Of a DNA stretch of 64,000 nucleotides, positions 53,857 to 64,000 are shown piece by piece (the first letter of the stretch is position 1; each line of letters starts with the position of its first letter). The stretch covers positions 75,428 through 139,427 of the forward strand of contig JAAOMT010000672.1 in the NCBI GenBank assembly GCA_016748015.1, read 5' to 3'. The notes below the pieces were generated by a model, which saw nothing but the letters and a program-made list of their open reading frames with translations, did no database searches and had not been told where the DNA came from. Both the position numbers and the translations under genes were made by a program. Source of the stretch: Geosiphon pyriformis uo1. Its lineage: Eukaryota; Fungi; Glomeromycota.

Positions 53857-56415
53857 AGAGATACTTTGTTGCTGGGATTGTTGCTGTTGTGGGTTTAACT
53901 GTTGTGGCTGTACCGTAACATTCTGCGAGGGAGGTTGTGCCTCTGCCAATACAGGAGACTGTTCTTCTACCTTTGGAAGAGCAGAACCAACAGGATTTTC
54001 CAATTCGATATGTTCAATCGGAGGCGATGATAATCTTAAGCTCCCAAACTGTAATTCAACTCTTTCTAAGCCAGCGCCTGCGCTTGGCATCACGACAGGT
54101 GCATCTTGTTTTAACTTGCGCGCAGCTGCCTGTGTTTTGCCTTTGTTGAGACCAGGAGGTAATATCTCTTTGTTTCGTGGTGAGGCATTAACAACGGGAG
54201 AGGATGTGATCGAAGGAGCTGATTCTTCGGTAGGAGAATTATCTTTTACAAATTCCTTTATAATATCTTCCGTGTTAGCTGCGTCATTATCAATTAACTG
54301 AGGAGTTGGTTCCGGAGAAGGAGTGGATGAAATTGAGGTAGATTCGGGCAAAGGTTCAAAAGATTTGGGAGCAGGGGAATTTTGTAATGATATTGAAACA
54401 GATTTAGGCAGTTGTGGCGAAACTGCTTTCGAGATTTCTGGCGAACCTTTTGAAGGAGGGGAAACAGGTTCAGGTCTTGTTTCAGACTTTGGTTCTGGCC
54501 TATCAAATCCCCGTGATGCATAAGGTTATTAGACAATTTCAATTAATTGGGTATTGTATCCCCTATAGTAATTCAAGATATAATCAAAAACACACTTCAC
54601 GATTTGAGCCCAAGAAGTCTTGGACTGTGGTGGTATTGTCCGTGATATAAGAGGAACAGGTGATTTCGAAACCGACTTAATCGTACTTGGTCCAGGAGAT
54701 TGTATGAGATCATCAACTAATTTACTGTCCCCCCAACTGTTATTTGAGGTCCAGCTTTCTTTGGTGGAATCAAGAGTCCAAGAATCCTTAATAGGAGTGG
54801 CTCCCCAAGTGTAAGTTGCTGATGAGGCATCAGTGTCCCGAGTTTCCTTGGGGTTATCATTTTTAATGCTAGATATTACATTGTTTCCAAGTATATCATT
54901 CGAATTTTCGGGTGACAAGTGATCCTTAAAATTCTCATTAATGTTCCCGGAATCCCAGCTGCCGTTTGTATTTTTTGCCGATTTATCACTAGTGCCCCAT
55001 ACAGGTTTGGGACTTGTGGAATTGTCATTATCCCGAACAGGTTGAGGACTGTTGGACGTTTTTTCGTTGCTCCGGCCTAACTTTGCGTTCCCGCTGGCGC
55101 TATCATCATCATTGCCACTCAAAACCTTATTTTCGCCAGAAACCCACTTAGTAGGCCCGGTATCGGAGGTCAAAGTGGGATCATTGGAACTACTATCCAA
55201 ATTTCCAGATGTTTCATTATTAGGGCGAATATTAGAAGTGTTTTCCCCGTCCCATTTCGCCCGGGTACCACTTTTAGTATTAATTTCATTTTGGCCAAAG
55301 TTAGGCCCATTTTGTTGACGTGGAGGCCTCTTATAACCTTATAGAATGGCATTAAGTTTCCAATTGGTTGGATATTTGAATATTGGGATTAATCAACAGG
55401 ATTACTAAGGAATGGTTTAAAAAAATGTTTACCTGACCCATTTTCCCTTCGCTGAGATCCTTGGCGACGCTCACGATCGCTTGAAGGGTATTTGCTGTTA
55501 CGATAATTAGTCCCATCTAAATGGGAAAATTCGTTGTATTTTTTTTCTCAATAAACTGATATATCTAATAGCAACATTAAAAGTAAAATCACTAACCACG
55601 AGTGCGGCCGCGCTCGTTGTTACGTTCACTGTAACCTCCCCTCGATTGACCACGTTGAGAAACAGGGAATTGTTGTCCAGTAGATTTTGATTTACTATTA
55701 CTTTCCTTCTTATGCTTTTTCGATTTTACTTCACCCCATTGATTTACATGGCCTATCAAGATTAAGAAAACACAAAAAGATTAAAATTTTAAATCTTTGG
55801 ATTAATTTTTCGCATTTAAAAATCGATCGCTTCATAGGGTATAACTTCAATCTGAATTGGTCGATTTTGCCAGTATCAGAATTTATAACGGTTATTAGCA
55901 AAATTGTTTGTTTCGAGCACATATAATTTATATTGGGCTACAAAATGGCCATTTTTCCTATTGTTAGCGGCATAATAGCTAGAGGTGGAAATCAAAACAA
56001 GAGGTTTGGGCAAGAGTTGCAAAATGGAACGAGAGCTCCAAGCACAAAAGAACAAGTTATAAATGAAAATTCTGATATCACTAGAAAGCCTATCACTTTT
56101 TTCATTTAAGCAAGATAATCGCGACACCGAGAAAAAGTTCAAATTATCCAACAAAGAAAAGAATTCCTGCTGCAAACCTTCACTGATTCGGGCAACGGTA
56201 ATCTCGAGGTCTCCTTCGGCTTCTTGCAAGGCGAACAACAAATCCTCGTCAGTCCAATTTCCAAATAGTTCTCGTAGCGTGACCAGTGCATCTTGATATC
56301 TTGTTTTCAGTTGTTTCACCTCCTCTGTTTCTGCTATTTCGGCGATTGCGTGAGTATTCTTGTATCCCACTCCACCTGGGGTTGTTCGCTGTGTATCATA
56401 TTCGTGTGAACCCAT
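52362..56415 (-). CDS. Def1/UBAP2(L)-like CUE-domain low-complexity protein (multi-exon)
   Basis: N-terminal CUE-like LRELFGNWTDEDLLFALQEAEGDLEITVARISEG followed by QWGEVKSKK; RG-rich segment, SWAQIVK, LQFGSL, Q-rich region, PYYPYYY, terminal YW. Confidence 0.82.
53791..53856 (-). repeat. CAG/CAA microsatellite encoding Q22
   Basis: Read directly. Confidence 0.95.
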
Positions 56416-58074
56416 ACTTTTATAGAGGTATGTGAGGTATTTGAAGACGATGAAGAAGGTCGGCTGCGAACCTTTCACAATCTGTTTTTATTCTTGAATT
56501 ATTCTTTCACAAACCGACTTTTGATCGGGTTGGGGTTTAAAATAGAGGGCGAAGTTTAAAAGTATAACAACGAAAAAAATTCGGTTGAACACAAAAAGGT
56601 CACGACTTTTCAAAATACCTGGGAAAGGAGCTTTTTCAAACCGAAGTCGATCAATTGATCAGCAGGTAAAATACTGGTAGAATTGGCTAGTCACTGATGT
56701 TCAAAGTCACCCGGGAAATCTCACTAAAAATTTTGGGGTTATTGCCAAACATTACATAATATTTGAAAGATAAAACGCCATTAAAATTTTGCACATTTAC
56801 ATTGTTTAAAATTATCAATATCAGTTATAATTATACAAAATATGAAACCATAATCTTATTAAAATAAACAAAACTATTATTAATTTACTATTGTCGAAAA
56901 TTTACAAAATAATAATGAGTTTTAACACTTATATTCTGCTTTAAATAATTACTTATACATTATGCGCAATTTGGAAAAATAGATTTTTGAAAATATTTTA
57001 TTATTGAATTTATTATAAAAAACCTAAATAATAAGAAAGTGTTTAAATTTTTTATGTAAATTTATTTTATTAAACAAAATAATTTGTATATATGTATATT
57101 AATGTTCAATTTTAATTATAATTAAATTAATTTGGTAATTTTATCGAAAATTATTTCTTGTGATTTATTTAATAAAATTGTTTATTTTTTACAATAATTT
57201 AAATTTTTAAAATGATAAATTTTTTATTTTTTATTGATTTTTTTATTAAAATAATAATAAAACATTTATATTTATTAAAACTTTTATATAAAAACATTTT
57301 TTTAAAATAATATAATAATAAACCAATCTTTTACTAGTTTTAAAACATTATTTTTGGCTTTGAATAAAAGTTTTTTTTTATTTAAATTTCTTTTTAAATA
57401 AACAACTAGAACTAGTTTTAATGTAATTATTATTATTATAAAAAGTTTTAAAATCTTTAACAATAAATTAATAATAAAGCTATTTTTTTCTTTTTTCACT
57501 TTTTTTATATTTGTTTAAATAGCCAAAAGACCAAAAATATAAAAAACAGTTTTTTTCTTAATTTAAAATAATTAACTCTTTTAAAATATTAAAAAAAGTT
57601 TTTTTTAATGTTTTTTAGAACACTATTTTAAATTTTAAATTTGTTTTTTTCTTGTAAAAAATAAAATCTTGAATTTTTTTTGGTTTTTTTTTAATATTTA
57701 TACAGTTTTATTATAATTATATTAATTATAGTACTTAATTTAAATTTGGTTATAAACAATAATTTATTTATTTTTAGATAATAGTGATAATAATATATTT
57801 ATTAAAGCTAATTTTAATTAATACATAACTAAATTGCTTAATATATTAAATTTTATTAGTTTTAAAAGCAAAACAAATTATATTTTTAAAGTATTATTAT
57901 ATTATACAAAAACCAAAACCAAAAAACAATAAAATAAAAAATTAGATTTATAATAAAATAAATCATTTTATATACATAAAATACTTAAAAATAAAGCTTA
58001 TAAATTATAATTAAAAGACAAAATTTTTTTAAAAATCAATTAAAACTTTATTATATATAATAATAATAATAATT

Positions 58075-59030
58075 ATTATTATTTTTTATTATTTAATAAG
58101 TAAGATCTAAATACTGTTTAGTATAATATATTAAATTAAATAATCTAAATTAGATGTAAATTATGTATTTTATTATATGTAATCAGTTATTTAAGCCAAT
58201 TAAAACAATATTATATGTTTATATATATAAAAACTAAACTTTAAAATCTGAAAAAAATAAATACAATTTATATATATTAAAACTTACTTTAAAAGTTTTA
58301 ACAATTCCAAGCAGTTTAATTATATTACAAAATAGCACAAATAACAAACTGGTAATAATTATTAATATATTTTTATTATATAAAATTAGATCACTTTTTT
58401 TTATAAAAGTCTAGTGTTTAAAATAAACAAATCAGATATTATTCTTATGAGCTAATTTAAAACTATACATAAAATTTACAATTTAATAGTCAATAATTTT
58501 AGTATTCTTGAAAATTAAAAAAAATTTCTAAAATTAATTCTTAAAAACAAATTTTTTATACAAAGTCAAGTATATAATAACATTAAAAAAACATAAAAAA
58601 AGCAATTAAAAAACACATAAAAATAATTTAAATAAATTAAAAAAACCTTTCCAAATAGCTATATAAGTATTTAAAAGCTTTTTGTAAGTTTTACTATCTG
58701 CTTTACAAGAAAAAACATGATCTAAAAACTTAATATTCTTATAATACAAATACAAAATACTATAATAAAGCTTATTATACAGATGTTTTTAAATAGCCAC
58801 TGGCAGTTTGTAATATAAAGTCTTTATAAAATAAAAATAAATCTCAATTGTGGTTTTGTTTATAAATTTAGTTAATATGTAAAAATTAAGATATTACATT
58901 AACAATAATTTAATCTAGTTTATATTACTAAATAAGCTGTTTATTAAAATTTTAAATTCAGATCCAATCTTTTAATTGGCATAATAAATTATCTAAAAAA
59001 TTATATGAACAAAATACCTTATATTTTCTG
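58075..59030 (-). mobile_element. Very decayed LINE 3' fragment
   Basis: Family 3' UTR and tail at 58075-58215; zinc-finger region homologous to 21600-21800. Confidence 0.65.
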
Positions 59031-59039
59031 AAACAATTT

Positions 59040-62000
59040 TACTATTATTATATGTTTTTTTACATATAAGGCCAAAAATAATGTTTAGTATTTTTTAAAT
59101 TGTTTTATTTTTTTCTAAATATACTAAAAAAAATTTGTATATATATTATATAATATTGTTTTTTTTATTTTGTTGTATTAATCTAAATAAATTAATTGGA
59201 TTTTTGTAATTTCAATAATAAATTTTGTTATAATATAAAAAATATTATTTTAATTAATATTGTAACTAATGTTTTTTATCTGATAACAAGTTTTTTGATA
59301 TTATAAAAGTTTTCAAATAGTTTTTAATATTGTTGTAACTTTTAGTATTTATTGTTGTTTGCTTACTGTTTTTGTTGATTAATAATATATTATTGGTATT
59401 TTTAATTTAATTTTGTCTTATTTTTAAAAGACTGTCAATATTAATATGTAATTTTCTTAGTTTGTAGTGTATAATAAATTTGTATTTAGCAAAAAAATCA
59501 GATTATTAGAATTGCTTTGTGTTAAATTTAAAACTTTTTTTGTTAAGCTATTTAAGAGCAATATTATTTATTATAAGCTTAAATTTTTTTTTATTTTAAA
59601 GATATTATTGGAAATATTTGAGAGTCCAAATAACAGTTGTAATTTTTAATTCTGTTAAAATATTTAAGTTTTGTTGGCTTAAGTGTTTTGTTAGTTTAAA
59701 CAATAACTTTTTTATTGTTTTAATTATTTAATTGTAATAAAATAACACTAAATACTATATAAAAAACATTAGTGGCTAATTAGAACTATTTATTAAAGTT
59801 TGAATATACAAAAATTGGAGCTGCTGTTAATTTTTCTTTTAAAATATTAAATGTTTTTTGTTGGACTAAAGTCTATTGGTATTTTATATTCTTATTAATT
59901 AAATAGTTAAAAAGTTTGGTAATTTCAAAAAATTTTTTGATGAATTTTCGATAATAAAAGACTAATTTAATAAATTTTTTTAATTCTGTAATGTTTTAAG
60001 AAACTTTAAAATTTTGTATGATACTGATTTTTTCTAAATTGAGTTTGACTCTATTTTTGTTAACTATATAACCAAAGAAAATTAAACTTGTTTTTTAAAG
60101 TAATATTTTATAATGTTTAATTTCAATCTTGTTTTTAGAATTATTAAAAAATTACTTGTAGATAAATCAAATAAGCTTTAAAAATTAATAAATAAATATT
60201 AGTATCATTAAAGTAAACAACTATTGATTACTATAAAAATTTTTATAAACAATATTTATAAGTTGTTAAAATATTATTGGTGTATTGCAAAGTTTAAAAA
60301 ATATAATATTGAATTTATAGTTTTTTTTGTATTGTAAAAAAGATAAAAATAAAGAGCCATTCAGAAGACATTGGTAATAATTAAACAGATGCTCATATTC
60401 ATACTACAATACAGTTGTGTTTAACTTTTTCTATTGGGTTTTATAAAAAAGTTTTTATGGTAAATAGTTGTATAGTATTGGGTAATATTTGTCATTTTGT
60501 TTGAGATATTTATCAGTTTGTTTGTTAAGCTTAGTAAAAAGCAGGTCCTAGTGCAAATGTTTTGGACAGTTTTTTTATCTAGTGCATAGATTAGAATAAT
60601 ACTGTCTCAATTTGGTATTCAGATTCTGATATGTTGGCTGAATTTACCAGTAAGAAATTAGCTGTTCTATGCATATATTTAATAAAAGCCATTCACAAAA
60701 AACTGCTGGTTGCTGTTTGTAAAAAACTATATAACAAAAATTATTCAGATGTTTTATGCTTAATGTGTAATAATATAGAGCTGCCTAATTATGTTTTTAC
60801 TTATTCTAAGAATGTCTTAATATGTTTTAATATTCTTTTTAGTCATGTTAAACTGTAAAAATTTTTGGCAAGTAATTGTTTTTTGCCATCATTTTCAGTA
60901 TTATGTACTTTTTTTTTAAATGCTTTAGATATTAGCATGTATATGGTTTTGTACGAAGATTTTGTTTTTAGAGAGTAGATTGATAAGATAACATGTATTT
61001 TTAAAAATAAGAAAAAGATAATACCAATAATAATAAATTTTGTTTGCTGTTTAGCTAATGAGCATCACAGTTAGTTATAGTTGTTAAGATTTAAATTTAA
61101 TGCAAACATGGAAAAGAGTAACTTAGTTAGTAATATAAATGTGGTGTTTAATATGTTTTGTAATTTGTCCAGCTTTTTGTCTAATAAGATAATTTGTTTG
61201 CTTGGTATTGTTGAGTTTTTTGTAGTTAGTTTTAGTTTATATAAGCTGTGTTTGTTTTTCTCTGGTTTGAAAAATAGTGTAAGAGTTCTTATAAATATAT
61301 AGTATTGTCTTAATAGGCCTAAGTGATCAGTCACATGTAAAAAGTGCATGAATCATATTTAGTTTAATTTACTTGTTTGTCTTTGTATATTAGATAATAG
61401 TTGAGTTATACTTGTTAAATAAATAAATAAAAATTGTAAAGACTGTTTTTGAGTAATTTTTGGGATTTATTTTTATTTGTTAGTATCTGTTTTCTAAGTT
61501 TAAGATTAAGAAATATTTGGTTTTACCAAGCACATCTAAGATGTTATTGATTCTTAGTAAAGAATAAATATCTTTAATTATAATTCTATTAAGTTGATAA
61601 TAATCAATACAAAATTTGATTTTCTGTTTTTTTTTTTAACAAAAACAACTGGTAAAATTTAAAAACTTTGTAATAGTTAAATAAAATTATTATAAAGTAT
61701 TTGTTGAACTTTTTTTTTAATAAATTAATAATTGGTAAGTAAGATTTAATATGTTTGTTGGTGTTTTGAGAAATTTTCTGTATGAATTTGATGCTAAATA
61801 ATATGAATTTTTCCTAAATTATTGTTGTTTTTTACAAATATATTAGCATATTTGACAATAAGCTATTTAAATTGTTTTTGATATTAAAGTTCTAAAAAAT
61901 TTATGTTGATTTTTGCTAGCTTTTTTTTAATAATTTTTTGTAGTAAAAAAAAGTATTTTAATTTTAAAGAAAAATATGTCTTACAATTTTAATAAAATTA

Positions 62001-64000
62001 AAACAATTTAAAGAGTTTTTTTTTGAAAAATATTGCTATATATTATTTTAATTTCTAATTTATTTAATAAAATAATGAGATAGCTATTAAGATTATAAAA
62101 TATAATTGCAAATTTTTTTTATTTTTTTGAGTAGATAAATATTAGAAATTAAAATATTGTGTTTTCTGTAAATTTGTTTGTTGAATTTGAAAATTTGTTA
62201 AGTAGTAATGAGTTTTAAACAAGTGTAAATTTTTTAATGTTTTCCAAAAAATGAAATAATAATTGGTTGAAGAAGTTAAAAAATTTGGTAAAATTTATTT
62301 TATATATTAAAAGTTATGTTGACTAAATTTGTAAATTGTTTAATTAAACCAAAATTTTGTATTTTTTTTTATTTTTTCTTAATTGTTATTTAGTGTTCAC
62401 AGATTGTAAATTCGAAATGTTAATTAAAAATAAATAAATAGTTTGAACAATTTTTTCAATATATTTGATCTTAAAAGACTTTTTAGTCTTATTTTGTAAC
62501 ATAATAATAATATTTTCAATGTATTCTGTATTAATAACTTTTTTTTACATTAATTTCTTTGCTTGCTAATGATAATTGAGAATTAATTTGAATTATTGCT
62601 TTTAGTAGTATTTTAAAAACAATTTTGAAATTAATTTTTGTTAATAACTTTGATTAAAAAACCAAAATATCTTTGCCAAGATATTATAAATCATATTTTA
62701 CATTAATTTTATAAGTTTTTTTTAGTTTAATCTTTTGTTCATTGTTATTAAAGTATTTAAATTATACTATTGGCTAATTTTTAAGAAAATAAACTAAAAT
62801 TGTTGATATTTTTTTTTGTTTGAATTTTCCAAATTCAATCTTATGTTTATTATTTTTAATAAATAATAATATATTAAAAACATAATATTTTAAACACTAT
62901 TAATCATTACAAGACATAATATATTCTTTATATAATTAAATGTTTATTTGTTTTAGTTACTAAATTTGGGTTTTTTTTGATAAATAAACATAATTAGAAG
63001 TTAAATAATAAAGTTTAACTTTATTTTTATAGTCAAATTCAGCTAGTTTTATTGTGTATTTAATATAATCTGCTTTTTTTTTTGGCAAATATCTTTTTGA
63101 AATTTTTTATTAATAAGAATTATAGCTAATACTTCTATTTTAATTATAATTAATTTTTTATAAGTTTTTTAATTCTATTTATATAATAATATTAATATTA
63201 TATTGAAAATTTTGTGTAAATATTAATGTAATATAATAATTATAAATAAATTTTATTATTTATTTTGTTGTTTTGTTGTTGTTTTTAATTTTATAACTGT
63301 TTTATTTATAACAAACTATTAGAATTTTATTTTTTTATAATATATTTTATATTTAAAGAGTAAAATAATTGTTTTTTATTTGGTAGTTCTACTGTTAATT
63401 AGTTTTTTTTTGGCAGCAATATTAATTTTTTGTAATTAATATAAATATTAAATTCTTAATACAAATATTTTTTTATTTAATAACAGTTTAATAAATTATT
63501 AAGTGTTTTAATGCTAAAATCTTATAATTATTTTTAGCTAAGCTTAAGTTTTAGCTAATATATATTACTAAATGTTTTTATTTATTTGATTTGTATTGTA
63601 ATAATATTATTTTTAGTGTTATATTAAAAATATTTATAACAATTATAAATTCCTTGTTATAATTTAAATAAATTAATATTTATATTTATATTAACTTTTA
63701 TCTAAATATTTTAAAAACTTATTGGATATTTATTTATTTATATTATGTATTTTTGGCTTGAAATTAGTAAAATAGTTGTACAATTACTAAAATTTTTTTG
63801 ATAAATTGTTGATAATATTTAGTTAGTTTCAAAAAGCTTTTAAGTTTTATTAAGTTTTGAGATCTTAAAAAGTTTTTAATTATCTTAATTTTGTTTAAAT
63901 TAGTTTTAATGTTTTTTTTAACTACATATTTTAAGAATTTAAAGTGTTTTTTTGAAAAGATATTTGTTAATATTTAATTTTAATTTAATATGTTTTAGTT
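59040..64000 (-). mobile_element. Very decayed Ty3/Gypsy element F, RT split by a LINE
   Basis: Minus-strand remnants FCIDYYQLNR, VLGKTKYF, LKEKLTAAPIFVY, HYFWPYM. The part beyond ~62 kb is too decayed to assign firmly. Confidence 0.75.
60340..61432 (+). mobile_element. 5'-truncated LINE (end of RNase H, zinc finger, 3' UTR)
   Basis: KIKSHS..GN, CLMC; family 3' UTR; (TAAA)n tail; TSD ATTGTAAA (60331-60338, 61433-61440). Confidence 0.85.

Noticed and set aside
55752-56177. snoRNA in the unusually long first intron of the Def1-like gene
   Set aside because: No convincing C/D or H/ACA box pair found by eye.

Overview
AT-rich eukaryotic DNA, most likely from an early-diverging fungus. Short GT-AG introns, the protein families and the repeat families suggest Glomeromycotina, and the repeats resemble those I recall from Geosiphon; this is inference. 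Two CpG-containing gene islands (about 24.5-38.8 kb and 52.3-56.5 kb) sit in CpG-poor seas of nested, dead retroelements. Genes: two inverted TPX2-like paralogues flanking PEX6 and a mitochondrial-type TrpRS, a Cnl2/Nkp2-like kinetochore gene head-to-head with the second TPX2, and a Def1/UBAP2-like CUE protein. Repeats: LINEs (APE, RT, RNase H) and Ty3/Gypsy elements with TGTTAC...GTAACA ends and 4-bp TSDs, nested up to four deep. Most notable: (1) RIP-like C:G>T:A hypermutation, about 66 transitions and 0 transversions between sister LTRs, mostly non-CpG, with one untouched 186-bp island; (2) an unusual Gypsy architecture with three zinc-finger-like modules, a dUTPase and a dUTPase-like repeat between PR and RT, and an integrase apparently in its own ORF with a long C-terminal extension; (3) structured-RNA motifs in LTRs, one with compensatory changes; (4) a TPX2 with a duplicated Aurora-binding exon and a sister lacking the motif. 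All alignments and counts were done by eye, and boundaries of heavily decayed elements are approximate.
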